This document shows positions 27,565-38,393 of a stretch of DNA of 64,000 bases, one piece after another. Origin of the DNA: a virus (lineage: Duplodnaviria > Caudoviricetes); IMG/VR virus record IMGVR_UViG_3300020049_008107, positions 9,735 to 73,734 of that record. One strand, given 5' to 3'. The stretch's first letter is position 1. Every line of letters starts with the position of its first letter. The position numbers were made by a program, and so were the translations under genes. The notes beneath the pieces were generated by a model. The model was given only the letters and a program-made list of their open reading frames with translations, searched no databases and had not been told where the DNA came from.

Positions 27565-29346
27565 TTATCCTAGTGGGATAACTACTCCTACTCCAACAGC
27601 TAAACTTTCAAGAAGTGGTGGCGGATAGAACCTAGTAGCTATATCACCCTCACCAACATTAATTGCTGCTTGGTCATTGTTAAACTCATCAGCTTGAACA
27701 ATAAACACATCAGCAAATGTAGAATCTGTACCATCTTCTTTCTTGAATGAACCAAATGCACCTTCCGGATCAATACCAAATGGGAATGAACCTTGCCAGC
27801 ACTTATATCCAAAGTCATTGATTTTTTGCCCGTATTCCTTCAATTTAGATAGTTTGTTAGGTCTATTTTCTGCTTGAGATAATGACTCAACAGTTGATAT
27901 CTTGAAGAAGTTTTGCATAATAAGGTAATGACCAAATAATGCACCAACATTTGTAGACAAAGTACGGAATGAACGAAGTAATACACCCTTACCAGGTCTT
28001 GCTTGAATTAGATTAATACCGGCAGCTAATAGATCAGTTCTATCATCTTCAGACCATGAATCTTCAGGTAAATTAGGAGTATCCACATAGCCAGACATTG
28101 GAGAATCTTCACCAGCAGGAACGCGATGGAATCCAAGTCTATAGAAGGTTTTAATCCAATTACCCATTACCCCACCAATGTTAGGAATACGAATAACAGG
28201 ATTTGCCCCATCACCAATTGGATCAGAAACATTGCGCCACCCATATGATAAAACGGCTTGAACTTGGTCACTTCTCTGGAATCCATTGCCAACAGTAATA
28301 AGTTCATCTTTAGTTAAGTCCTTTGTTATGTTACTAATCCAAACTGGTGTATCTAATCTTTCAGTACAGTAAGCTTCACCAGCAACATTAACACCAGATA
28401 CAGTAGAATCAGCATTACCAAGTAGTCTAATTGGGAAAGAATCAAATGAAGCAAGTAGGTCATTCCAGTCAGCACTAGAACTTGGTGCAGTACCATCACT
28501 ACCACCAGTAAGCATTCTTTTTGTGATATCAGCAGGATACTTATCAAATAGAACAGCAGAAGATGAATTGCTATCTGTTATGTTGATAAGTGGGTGGTCT
28601 TTGAATTGATTACCAATATAGAATTCAATGTTTTGTGGTTCAAGTGATAACCATCTAGTAGACTGTGGTAATTTTACTTCATTGAGCAAACCGCGTCTAT
28701 TTTTCTTGAAAACAGAAATCTTAAATCCAATAGCAGCTACATCATCTGCTGCAGTAAAAGCATTAGTAGTTGCAGCACAACCAACAGCCTTTAGGGTTTC
28801 ATCAATAGTCAATACTTTTACATATTCTGGAACAGAACCAATTCTAAGTACATCACCAATACGAATATCCGAAATGGAAGTAAGCAATAAACTAGTAGCA
28901 CCAGCAAGAGAGTTAGCAGCCATAGTAGTCTTGAATCTATCACCATTAATCCAGCTAAAAGCTAGCTTGTTACCATAGATGGATTTGTCATTCTTTAATT
29001 GGAAAGCGGATAACACTTGAGCGGATTCAATAGCAGATGCAGTATTTTTACCAAGGACTAATGACTTTGCTTGAACAGCATCAGAGGCAACATAACCCTT
29101 AATACCAATTTTACATTGCACACCCTTAAGATTTGCATAGGTATGGTCAAGAACATAACGACCATAAAACCCTAATCTATTGTCTCCAGCTTTATAATCA
29201 GCTTCAGATTTGTTATTGAGTACAATTACTTCATCAAATCCTCTATCAAAACGACCAATAAGACCAACAAATCCAAAATCTGCAGGTAAGATTTCAACAC
29301 CAGTTCTAGGAGGTAGGTTATACCCAAATACACCACGTCTACGCAT
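27565..29346 (-). CDS. Tail sheath protein
   Basis: 593 aa; GFVGLIGRFDRG N-terminus, LTGGSDG, RLGFHRVPAG, GINLIQ..PGKG..LRSFRTLS sheath motifs. Confidence 0.85.
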   Translation of the reverse strand: MRRRGVFGYNLPPRTGVEILPADFGFVGLIGRFDRGFDEVIVLNNKSEADYKAGDNRLGFYGRYVLDHTYANLKGVQCKIGIKGYVASDAVQAKSLVLGKNTASAIESAQVLSAFQLKNDKSIYGNKLAFSWINGDRFKTTMAANSLAGATSLLLTSISDIRIGDVLRIGSVPEYVKVLTIDETLKAVGCAATTNAFTAADDVAAIGFKISVFKKNRRGLLNEVKLPQSTRWLSLEPQNIEFYIGNQFKDHPLINITDSNSSSAVLFDKYPADITKRMLTGGSDGTAPSSSADWNDLLASFDSFPIRLLGNADSTVSGVNVAGEAYCTERLDTPVWISNITKDLTKDELITVGNGFQRSDQVQAVLSYGWRNVSDPIGDGANPVIRIPNIGGVMGNWIKTFYRLGFHRVPAGEDSPMSGYVDTPNLPEDSWSEDDRTDLLAAGINLIQARPGKGVLLRSFRTLSTNVGALFGHYLIMQNFFKISTVESLSQAENRPNKLSKLKEYGQKINDFGYKCWQGSFPFGIDPEGAFGSFKKEDGTDSTFADVFIVQADEFNNDQAAINVGEGDIATRFYPPPLLESLAVGVGVVIPLG

Positions 29347-29552
29347 TAGATTAATACCTCAGTTTTGATTTCTTTTGTGAATAGTGATTTGATAGCAAGT
29401 AGGTTTTTGACTCGTTTATGCTCAAGTAAAGATTTATTAACCTCTACATTTTTGAATGGCTCAATTAGTAACAACTCTTGGTCTTTTAGGTTAAGCTCGA
29501 TTTCAATAGTACCATTGGTATTGTTAATTAATAAAACTTTTTCTTCTGTCAT
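29346..29552 (-). CDS. Small pre-sheath structural protein
   Basis: Likely start MTEEKVLL at 29552, overlapping the upstream stop. Confidence 0.5.
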   Translation of the reverse strand: MTEEKVLLINNTNGTIEIELNLKDQELLLIEPFKNVEVNKSLLEHKRVKNLLAIKSLFTKEIKTEVLI

Positions 29553-30712
29553 ATCACTATCCCCGTCACTGTTTGATTGATTGTTTGGAAGTCCATTGTT
29601 TGTAGATTTCTTTCCCATGATTCCTCGGTAATATCTATTGTACAGCTAACAACTATTTTATTGATAATATCAGTAGCATCACCATAATCCGGATTCTCAA
29701 TAATAGTACAATTTAATTCATGTCGTCTACCGTTTAAATAAATTATAGTCTTCTTATTAAATGCCTTAGTAAGTATAAGCCTTAGCATCTCCAATACTTC
29801 ATCATGTCGAGCCATACCCTCTATCAGAAATGTATGTTTCCAGGCACTACCTACCGTACCCATTCTAACTTGACCAGATAATTCAATGGAATCTATGATA
29901 GGTGAATATTCCTCTTGCTCTTCAAGTATTTCCTGATCAAACCCACTAATCGATATACCCGCTATGTATGAATCAACTTCATTTGCCGTAAATTCAACAG
30001 GGAAGTATAAATAGAATGGTATATCTTTAAATTCATCACTAAGTACACTTAATCCATACTCATTACCAAAACTAATTGACCTAGTACTTACATCGCTAAT
30101 AATCTGGTGTATATCCCCATTCTCAAGCATTATGCATTGGTATTTGTCCAGGTATGTAGTATCCGATACTTGTGCTGTATTACTTCCTCTATCTCCACTA
30201 AGAGTACCTATCTGTACTGATTTCCTATCTATATACTTAAGGATATGGGATTTTATACCCTCGTACGCGTCTATAGGTAATTCGTCGATAAATAGGATTA
30301 TATCTGATATAAAGAACTGTATGGGTACTAATGCTTCTATTTCTATCCTACTAATATATCGATGAGGATTACGAAATGTATACTGTTCGAATGACTGATT
30401 GACTTCCATTAGGAATTCAGTGAATGTGAACTGGTCTTGATAGAATCTTATTTTTAATCCATAATCAGTTAGAGCTTTTGGGATAATTGTTTGATTACAT
30501 TTAATTGATAGTGCTATGTTATCAAGATTTTTGGTTTCTATCCTTGGAGAATAATCAATGTAGGCTATTGATGGACTTGTGAATTTGAATAGTAATTGAC
30601 TTTTATACCCTGAACTTGCCAGATGTTCCCAAGTGGTTATTTGGGTAGTATTAGTGGTATCTTGATGAATCCAGCCCAGATTTTGAGTACAATCATCAAT
30701 GGCTATTTTCAT
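29549..30712 (-). CDS. Putative tail terminator/neck protein
   Basis: 387 aa upstream of the sheath; synteny only. Confidence 0.4.
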   Translation of the reverse strand: MKIAIDDCTQNLGWIHQDTTNTTQITTWEHLASSGYKSQLLFKFTSPSIAYIDYSPRIETKNLDNIALSIKCNQTIIPKALTDYGLKIRFYQDQFTFTEFLMEVNQSFEQYTFRNPHRYISRIEIEALVPIQFFISDIILFIDELPIDAYEGIKSHILKYIDRKSVQIGTLSGDRGSNTAQVSDTTYLDKYQCIMLENGDIHQIISDVSTRSISFGNEYGLSVLSDEFKDIPFYLYFPVEFTANEVDSYIAGISISGFDQEILEEQEEYSPIIDSIELSGQVRMGTVGSAWKHTFLIEGMARHDEVLEMLRLILTKAFNKKTIIYLNGRRHELNCTIIENPDYGDATDIINKIVVSCTIDITEESWERNLQTMDFQTINQTVTGIVI

Positions 30713-30953
30713 TGTATTTTTAAATAAGTATTTTTAATTCTACTTTCTTTACACTAACTTTTGTAACAGATTTGTTTGCATCTATAAGAGCCAATTCTGT
30801 ATTGTGGTAGACCTTAATTTCTCCAGTTAATTCGTTAGTGACTGGAAATTCGGTTTCTTCATTAAATAGTATATATCCAATGATGATCATTTTAAAAATC
30901 CTCTATCCTCAATTATTAAACAAATCACTAGTACATCAATACTTAGACTTCTA

Positions 30954-32197
30954 TTAACATAATCCAAGGTTTCTCCAAGCGAAATTGGCATCTTTTATAT
31001 TGGATAAAATACCACCATCTTCTGGTAAATTAGTCTTAGTTGCTTGAACAATAGTTATTGCACAATTCAAACCAAGAAACATGCCAATTAGTTCTTCATT
31101 TGTGAAAAGCTCATATTTATTACCAACAAGCTTATAGATATTAGAAATTTGCTCACCAATTTTACTTTTGGATTTTATTCGGTCATGTGCTCCAGCAGTA
31201 TAATCAATAATTAATGCCTTTGTTACTTCATTCATTATAGAATTCTAGTCCCCTTAGGTATACACATAAAAAGAACCCTACTTTTATCCATTGGGACACA
31301 TTTTGTTGCATCTAATTGGTTGTAGTAGGTTGTCCAGAATGACTTAATGGCATTTGTAACCCACTTAGCACTATAGTGTTCTGAATACTTGTCATTTTCC
31401 TTTGCAGAATCCAGCATCTCTTTTGGAATTCCAAACAAATATTCACACTCACGCTGTTTATCTTCGTGTGTTCTAATTTTGAATAGTTGCCAAGTTGGAA
31501 GTCTAGACTTAACAGTCTTTACCCAATCAGGGCTAACACTAGTACTAAGGACATATCCAACATGCAATATTTGTTCTGTAGTTTTATTCATCGATTTCCA
31601 CCTTAATATTTAGCTCTACAATTACAAACATAGCCATTGTAGTGCCATCTATTTTATGAGTGATAGTTAAAATAAGGTCATCTTTCCAATACCATTTTCT
31701 AACATAGGGAAAGTTAGTTACTTCAACTCTAGCACCTTCCTGAATTGCTTCGAGTCCTAATCCCTTATCAATACAGTACTTATGCAAAACTTTTTGTATG
31801 ATTGCCTCTTCCTTTTCTACAAGTTCCTGTATATTAAACACTCTCTTTGAGTCCAAATTGTTGTACCATCCTTCTAATGTATATCGACCACTTTACTTTT
31901 GGATTTAGAATTATCCAAGCAGCTTTAAACGAATATTCTGCTTCTAGCAATTCTGCAGTTCTATCGGCTAGCTCTTGTAGTTGCTTTCTTTTTACTAGGG
32001 TTGCCTTGGAAGCCATTTCTTGTACTATCGATTAAAGGAATTAAAGCCTTAGCCCTTTGAAGTGCCTCATTTTCCTCCATGAAACCAATAGTCTGCATTA
32101 CTGGTGGATTGTAGATAGAAACATAATGCGTCTCTTTAGCTTTTTCAATTACTTCCTTTAGATTTTTCTTATGTGGATCAATGGTTACTATTCGCAT
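30954..32197 (-). other. Cluster of five small hypothetical CDSs
   Basis: Coupled ORFs 30954-31235, 31235-31591, 31584-31856, 31834-32016 and 31961-32197; no recognisable motif. Confidence 0.55.
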
Positions 32198-32308
32198 AGT
32201 TTACCTCACATTTAACAGTGGCAACTTTCTTATCATAATAAGTTACAATAAGAACGATATAGCATTCCAATAGGATTGCAACAAGGATTATTAGTTTTAT
32301 TGGTAATT

Positions 32309-33022
32309 TCATATTTTAATATCGAATAAATGTACTTGTGATTTATGACAATATAGCACATCAGTTTGATACTTATTATTTTTGTGTATTGATATTGCTG
32401 AAGTGTGTCTACCAACTTCAATAAAATCATCGGGCATTTGATATTCACTTATTAATATTACATGATTTTTTGATTGTTTTCTACACCAATTATAGAACTT
32501 CTCATAGTCAAAACTAACATTATATTTAACAGTTTTAGCCGATTTATATGGTGGATCACAATATATAAGCGAATTTTGTGGAATATCTAATTCATCATAA
32601 CTACAATTATAGAATTCAACATCTTTTATGAGTGGCAATTGTTTCAACAGTGATCGACTTACATTTGAAAATTTCGATGGTCTATTTTTAGACCTTGGGT
32701 ATCCGCACCAATATTTAGCACCAAATGAACAAAAACCAACAAACGCAACTAGTTCTGGTTGATAATGATCTTTGTTATTTTTTATGCGATTATATTGGTC
32801 TTCAGTGATATCAGTGGGGGGAATCCAGCCACCTTGTAATGCTTCCCACATAATTATCAATTCTGAATGGATGTCAGATGCAATACGCTTACCACCAATT
32901 TTGTCAATTACATTACACCCACCACAAAAAGGATCAACATAATATTCATAATTATTGCGTATTTTGTTAATTATTGGAACAAAAGTTTTTGATTGTCTAA
33001 ACTTACCACCAGAATATTGCAT
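32309..33022 (-). CDS. Dam-like (D12-class) DNA N6-adenine methyltransferase
   Basis: QYSGGK N-terminus, DPFCGG SAM-binding motif, IYCDPPY catalytic motif. Confidence 0.8.
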   Translation of the reverse strand: MQYSGGKFRQSKTFVPIINKIRNNYEYYVDPFCGGCNVIDKIGGKRIASDIHSELIIMWEALQGGWIPPTDITEDQYNRIKNNKDHYQPELVAFVGFCSFGAKYWCGYPRSKNRPSKFSNVSRSLLKQLPLIKDVEFYNCSYDELDIPQNSLIYCDPPYKSAKTVKYNVSFDYEKFYNWCRKQSKNHVILISEYQMPDDFIEVGRHTSAISIHKNNKYQTDVLYCHKSQVHLFDIKI

Positions 33023-33216
33023 TAATCATTAATCCCCTTTTCAATTATTCGGACAATTCTAAATAATAATATTGAAATGGCTATTGCGAAACAGAACCAC
33101 ATTGACAGAAATATTTGAAAGTTGTTTTTATACAAATTCTGTAATTCTTTGATAAACACTATTACCAAGATAATTTCAAGATTGCGCAATAGTTCAATAA
33201 AAAACTTGTAGGTCAT
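33022..33216 (-). CDS. Small membrane protein
   Basis: 64 aa, two hydrophobic segments, coupled. Confidence 0.45.
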   Translation of the reverse strand: MTYKFFIELLRNLEIILVIVFIKELQNLYKNNFQIFLSMWFCFAIAISILLFRIVRIIEKGIND

Positions 33217-33842
33217 TTCTTCTTTGCCTTTAAAGTGGCTTTCCCTTTCTTTCCGTCAACATCAAAAAGTATTTCGGCTACTTTATGTCCAATCATCATG
33301 TCTTTGAGTTTTCCAGAATTAAGGAAACGCTGTAGCCCTTTTCTTATCGGATATCGAGCAGGGATTTTGATAACTGTGGTACTCGCTTTTAAATGGATAC
33401 CTAAGATATGTAGAAACCCCCTCATTCTATCAGTAACTGGAATAGTTGCACCAAATTCATGTATTACCCATAAATCGCGATTTTTGATTGGTTTTTGGTT
33501 TCCTTCTTGATAATGAGTGCCAATTCCAGAAATTATGTACCCTTTACTAGTTTTGCGCCAGCCAAGCGAATTAATCATACTCTTTGGCTCTTTGTCACCT
33601 CTACCCATAAGTGGAGTACGGACTCTAGAATAACCTTTAGTTTCTTTGATTTTAATAGTAGCTTGTGATAATGGTGGTCGAACTAAGTTGGCTTTACGAA
33701 TACCATCTTTAATAGTTGCGACTACTTCAGCTGCAATATCTTGAGCTATAGAATCTGATAAAGCTGGAATTTTAGAACCAGCTTTTTTTAGAGAGTTTTC
33801 AAGCTTGATAAAGCTCTTAGATTTTCTTACTAATAAGGGCAA
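33213..33842 (-). CDS. Virion morphogenesis/tail completion protein (Mu gpG/HK97 gp10-like)
   Basis: PPLSQATIKIK, IHEFGATI...IKIPARYPI motifs. Confidence 0.6.
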   Translation of the reverse strand: MPLLVRKSKSFIKLENSLKKAGSKIPALSDSIAQDIAAEVVATIKDGIRKANLVRPPLSQATIKIKETKGYSRVRTPLMGRGDKEPKSMINSLGWRKTSKGYIISGIGTHYQEGNQKPIKNRDLWVIHEFGATIPVTDRMRGFLHILGIHLKASTTVIKIPARYPIRKGLQRFLNSGKLKDMMIGHKVAEILFDVDGKKGKATLKAKKK

Positions 33843-33893
33843 GCGAGCCTACACTAGCAATAAGGAATACTGCTGCAAGGAAATAAAGAAATT

Positions 33894-34178
33894 CTACCAT
33901 GCATAACCTGCCTTACGAGTAAAATTAGCCGATGTATCACCAGTCAAACCAAGAAATTTGGTGAGTTGGTTGAGAGTGGTGTTTGGATCAGGATTGTTGC
34001 GAGCATTGATGAGTTGTTGCCTACAATATGCTTGTCCTCTACGAACCTGTTTAGCAGAAAAGTTCTTTTTCCAGTTGTTCATAATTGAATTTTCTACAAT
34101 CTGGATTCTACGGTTGTGTTCATTAGCCTTTTGAGCTTTGGTTAATTCTGCCTTTGGTTTATCTTTAATCATAATCAC
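33894..34178 (-). CDS. Hypothetical protein
   Basis: 94 aa, GAAGG upstream. Confidence 0.55.
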   Translation of the reverse strand: MIMIKDKPKAELTKAQKANEHNRRIQIVENSIMNNWKKNFSAKQVRRGQAYCRQQLINARNNPDPNTTLNQLTKFLGLTGDTSANFTRKAGYAW

Positions 34179-34187
34179 CTTCCGCTT

Positions 34188-34811
34188 TTATATCGAGTTC
34201 ATGTTAATTGGTACAGTAGAATAATCAAATAACTTTAAGTTACCATTATGATCAATGCCTATTTGTCTAGACATTTCATCAGCAAAAGTAGACTGTACCC
34301 CTGTGCTACTAAGAAAATCCTTAAGTTTATTGTTAATATCATCCCATTTTGTTTGGTCTACAGTTTCAAGATGATTCGGATCAACGTCAAGACCATCACC
34401 CTTCGCATTTACCATATAACGCTCTGGTAATTGAGTAACAATTTCGGCAAACAGATATTTATAGCCAGCAGCACTCGTTATTAACTTACATTTAGTAAAC
34501 ATACCAAACTTTGCTTGAAATTGCTTATAGATTCTGTATTCATCTACGTTGTCTTCTACACCTTTGTTCATATGAAACGGTATCTTTAAAACCATGTTTG
34601 GTGATACTTGTGCTACAACCCTTGAGTATCCACTACCAAGATATTTAATACCAAGAGTCTTTATTCGTTTTTTAATGGCTTCTCTTGTCTCTTTCCATGT
34701 TAATTTTTTAGCCAATATTCTATCAAATCCAGACAAATACTTGTCAGCTATACCCTTTCGGACAATCCTTTGAAGTTGTGATTTAGTAACTATAAATCTA
34801 GGTTCTACCAT
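34188..34811 (-). CDS. Leader-bearing protein 6, protein-kinase-like
   Basis: MVEPRFIVTKSQLQRIVRKG leader; LGSGYSRVV Gly loop, VLKIP, NVDEY, DEMSRQIG, LKLFDY. Confidence 0.7.
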   Translation of the reverse strand: MVEPRFIVTKSQLQRIVRKGIADKYLSGFDRILAKKLTWKETREAIKKRIKTLGIKYLGSGYSRVVAQVSPNMVLKIPFHMNKGVEDNVDEYRIYKQFQAKFGMFTKCKLITSAAGYKYLFAEIVTQLPERYMVNAKGDGLDVDPNHLETVDQTKWDDINNKLKDFLSSTGVQSTFADEMSRQIGIDHNGNLKLFDYSTVPINMNSI

Positions 34812-35200
34812 ATATTTTGTACCTTCCATTTTTGAATTACAAGTTTAAGATTATCAATTACTGCATATGGGTTATCTCTTATTTCTACTGCCATATATCT
34901 TACTGTAATAAATCCTTGAGTGAGTGCTGTTCTGTCTTTGCGTCTGTCATCAAGGAGTTTGTCTCTAGAAGAATGCCATTGAAATGAGTCTATTTCTATT
35001 ATTATATTAGTACCAGTAACATAAAAATCCGGTCGTCTCATACCAAGTTCTGTGATTGATGCTTGTGGAGAAAGTTCTATACCTGCTTGAAAGGCTAGTT
35101 TATGGAATTTTTCTTCTGGTGGCGAACCATACCCATGTTTAAAAGGTTGTGGTACTTTACCGTATAAGTCTAATATAAATGTTATTAGACGAATAAGCAT
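34805..35200 (-). CDS. DUF559-like PD-(D/E)xK endonuclease
   Basis: SPPEEKF, RPDFY, IIIEIDS..WH, DRRKD...GFITVRY. Confidence 0.75.
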   Translation of the reverse strand: MLIRLITFILDLYGKVPQPFKHGYGSPPEEKFHKLAFQAGIELSPQASITELGMRRPDFYVTGTNIIIEIDSFQWHSSRDKLLDDRRKDRTALTQGFITVRYMAVEIRDNPYAVIDNLKLVIQKWKVQNIW

Positions 35201-35203
35201 AGT

Positions 35204-35431
35204 TTACATTAAGTATTCTAAAGCACCACTAACAACATGCAGTACATTGTGTACTATATTATTCTTTTCTTTGCCTTCTAAAGTATTTGCATATCTAGCA
35301 ATGGCACTCTCAGCATTTTTCAATGCTGAAATAGTTGCCTGTTTTGTATCATCAGACTTAGTAATGCTATTTTTTGATTTCTCAACTAATCTCTTTAGTT
35401 GAGATTTTGTAACGATTATTTTCTTTTCCAT
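35204..35431 (-). CDS. Leader-bearing protein 7 (putative internal head protein)
   Basis: N-terminus MEKKIIVTKSQLKRLVEKS. Confidence 0.75.
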   Translation of the reverse strand: MEKKIIVTKSQLKRLVEKSKNSITKSDDTKQATISALKNAESAIARYANTLEGKEKNNIVHNVLHVVSGALEYLM

Positions 35432-35437
35432 ATCATC

Positions 35438-35951
35438 CTATTTTGAAGCTAATGCTTGTTGTTCTTCGGCTTGTACATCTACCTTACTTTGTTTAGAGGA
35501 TTCTATCTTGAATAAGCGGATTTTTTGCACAAGTACCACTTCGCCAGCACCCTTATAAGTCATTCCACCAGTAAAGGCATTCAGAAACCAAAAAACTAAT
35601 AGATATCCAGCAATAAGAGTCATAAACCATTTCTTAATCTTATAGGCGAGTGATAAAGCTAGGGGATTAATCCCTGCATCAGCATAATTGTGATTAGCCA
35701 TCGGTTAGCTCCTTTACCTTGCTAGATAACAAAGGAGACTCCATTAATGATTCTAATTCTCTATGCGATAAAGATATATTCACATTATACGTGTTAAATG
35801 AATTTGTGTTGTGCGAGTGGGTGTACTTATTATAACTGTCATCAATATCAGTTTGAAGATTACCAAATGATTTTTTAGCAGAAGTCCAAAGAGCATAAAC
35901 GAACCATAATAAAAATATAGCAACAAAAGAATAACCAACATACTCAGTCAT
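35438..35951 (-). other. Two small membrane proteins (35438-35701, 35694-35951) at the end of the lysis cassette
   Basis: One transmembrane helix each; coupled starts. Confidence 0.5.
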
Positions 35952-35963
35952 TCTTTATTATCG

Positions 35964-36467
35964 TTATGCTAGTTTTAATCCTGTTTTTATTAATGTCCAA
36001 ATTCCACTTCTAAATTTCCAAAAAATATATAACACAAGTATTCCAAGGCAAATCCAAACCGTTTGCCAGAAGTAGTGTTTAATTTGTCTCCAAGGAATAA
36101 GCTCTTTTAATAACCTTGCAATTAATTCATCTTTATCCGCTATAATTGAATCTTTCTTAGCTAATTCTTTGGCATGTTTATTTTTTAGGTCTTCTTTTTC
36201 ATCTTGAAGGTCTTTTATTTGGGAATCTTTCATTTTAACTGTATCCATTGAATCACGAATATAATCTTTAGACCTTCGCATTGCATCTTGGCATTCAAGT
36301 GATTTACATCCATCTTGACCTTTATCAATTGCTTTTTCTACCTGATCTGCTTTAGTCTGCAAATCAACAGTAGTTTGAGGAGTTGAACAACTGAAAAATA
36401 AAACCAATATCAACCCACCAACAAACAGTAACCAAGGATTATCATTTAACCAATCTAGAAATTTCAT
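35964..36467 (-). CDS. Lipoprotein with C-terminal TM helix, putative unimolecular spanin
   Basis: Signal/lipobox LVLFFS-C27, coiled coil, C-terminal VWICLGILVLYIFW; next to the endolysin. Confidence 0.5.
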   Translation of the reverse strand: MKFLDWLNDNPWLLFVGGLILVLFFSCSTPQTTVDLQTKADQVEKAIDKGQDGCKSLECQDAMRRSKDYIRDSMDTVKMKDSQIKDLQDEKEDLKNKHAKELAKKDSIIADKDELIARLLKELIPWRQIKHYFWQTVWICLGILVLYIFWKFRSGIWTLIKTGLKLA

Positions 36468-37150
36468 ATTTTCTCCACATAAACCATTAAGGAATAGTCT
36501 GCCAATAAGTATCTTAAATGTTGATTAACATATAAAACATTATTGCCATCTTGATCTTTGTATCGCGTATAAGCCTTTCCATATGGATCTTTAGAAATAC
36601 ACCCATTAGCCGTTACATCAACAAACATTTGTATATGACCTTTTGGAGTACCTTTGCCTCTAAAGTATGGTGATTCACCTTGTTTAAGATTGATAAAATT
36701 AGAAATGTCAGTGCCTACAATTACTGGCTGTGCTGGTGCATTAGGCATAGCTCCAGTAATCACTTTTGCTATATCTTCGATAGTAGCCTTACAACTTATG
36801 TATTTATATGGAATTCCATTAGCCTTAAAATTAAGATTGAGCATCTCAGTATGGTATCCAGAGAAATAACGTGTAGCTCTTTTACCTTTCTTAAGGTAGT
36901 TGTCTTCTACATAATCGCATATCATTTGAAAATACACTTCTTCGATTTTCTCTAATGAGAAATCATTGAGTTTTGATGTCTCCAGAAATGTACGCAACCA
37001 CCAAAGGTGCATAGCCCTGCTTGAAATCATACAAGTATCCCAAGGATTACCTTTTTCATCAATTAAAGGATGGTACGTTTTTTTATCTTCTCTTAAATAC
37101 GGATCAACAAAGTCTCTTTGGGTAAGGTAGGGCAGTTGTTTAAAATCCAT
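36464..37150 (-). CDS. Peptidase C39-like endolysin candidate
   Basis: PYLTQRD, TCMISS (Cys), GHIQ (His), KDPYG (Asp); likely start MDFKQ at 37150. Confidence 0.65.
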   Translation of the reverse strand: MDFKQLPYLTQRDFVDPYLREDKKTYHPLIDEKGNPWDTCMISSRAMHLWWLRTFLETSKLNDFSLEKIEEVYFQMICDYVEDNYLKKGKRATRYFSGYHTEMLNLNFKANGIPYKYISCKATIEDIAKVITGAMPNAPAQPVIVGTDISNFINLKQGESPYFRGKGTPKGHIQMFVDVTANGCISKDPYGKAYTRYKDQDGNNVLYVNQHLRYLLADYSLMVYVEKI

Positions 37151-37484
37151 TAGTAGACTCCTTTTTATTAAAATGTTTTTCAATGAGTTTTGCGCCGAAT
37201 ATAATAACAAAATTAACTATGTTGGCTATTACTAATATGTATGTTGCGGAAGGCAACTCCATTTCGACACCAAGCATGGTTAAATCACGCCATTCTACTG
37301 CGTCTTTACTAGCTTCAATAAAGATAAGTCTTGTTGATACCACCAAATTACACACAATCATCATACCAGAAAACATAGAAGTTTTGATGTAATCAAATCT
37401 CTTATCAGAGAGCATAATAGTCATTATTACTTCATTCCAAGAAGTAACCGAGTTTATCTTTGGATTGGTGTCATTTGGATTCAC
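37140..37484 (-). CDS. Putative holin
   Basis: 114 aa, two TM segments, charged C-terminus, immediately upstream of the endolysin. Confidence 0.5.
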   Translation of the reverse strand: MNPNDTNPKINSVTSWNEVIMTIMLSDKRFDYIKTSMFSGMMIVCNLVVSTRLIFIEASKDAVEWRDLTMLGVEMELPSATYILVIANIVNFVIIFGAKLIEKHFNKKESTNGF

Positions 37485-38372
37485 CTAACTAAATAACTTA
37501 TACAATATGCGAATTACAATAAAGAAACTTGCCATATTAGCTCCAACAAGCATTTCTACTAATCTTTCATATGACATAGACCATGCAATATTAAACTTGT
37601 TTTGTAGGAAAGATATAACCATAGACAATGTTGATATTAAATTCAAAACACAAAGATAAATCACTAATTCATTCATATTGTATTATCAGTTGAATTTCTT
37701 AAACTTATATAATCTTTTGGCTCTTTCTATTGATGAGTATTGTACTATTTCCATAAACTTTTCTTTAATATATACTGACAATGATTCTATATATTCTCTG
37801 TCTTTAAGCCTGTCAGAACCGGATTTATTTGGTATAGTGTGTATATCACTCCAGGTATAGACACAAAAACCGTACAACTTACGTTTAGTCTCATCAAGTA
37901 TTTTAACTACACAAAATGCACGTATATCATATTCAAAAAGAAATGATTTAAGGAAATCATATTTAAGTTCATTTGTATAGTGTATTTTATCAGAAGTACT
38001 AGACTGTTCAAGTAATAACAACACTTGAAACGCCCTGTCTTGAGCTTCATATGAAGGTATTTGAGAAAACCCATCAGTAGCATAACTGAAAACAGTTTTT
38101 ATTTTGGTGGTGCTTGTTGGATTACCAATTATATAGGATTCTCCATTCGAAGTACGGAATAACAATACTCTAGATGCATCAAGTTTGCCCATTGATTGAA
38201 GTAGTCGCCCAGCCATTTTTTTAAATGCTTCTCTGGTACGTATTGGAGAATGGACACCAAAAAAAGAAAAAACCTCTGCATAAAACCTAGTCCAGACAAG
38301 CAATAATAAACTTAATACAATTGTGGATATTTCTCTAATCGCATAGTCTTGAGGATTTGGGAAAAAATTCAT
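37485..38372 (-). other. Two membrane-associated hypothetical CDSs (37485-37676, 37686-38372)
   Basis: 63 aa with two TMs; 228 aa with an N-terminal TM. Confidence 0.55.
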
Positions 38373-38393
38373 CCGTCTGAATCCAACTTGTCA

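Noticed and set aside
33213-33842. MPLLVRKS (and MISSIVKK at 43202-43498) as additional leader copies
   Set aside because: They match only the short K-site, which can occur by chance in Lys-rich proteins; the TKSQL core is missing.
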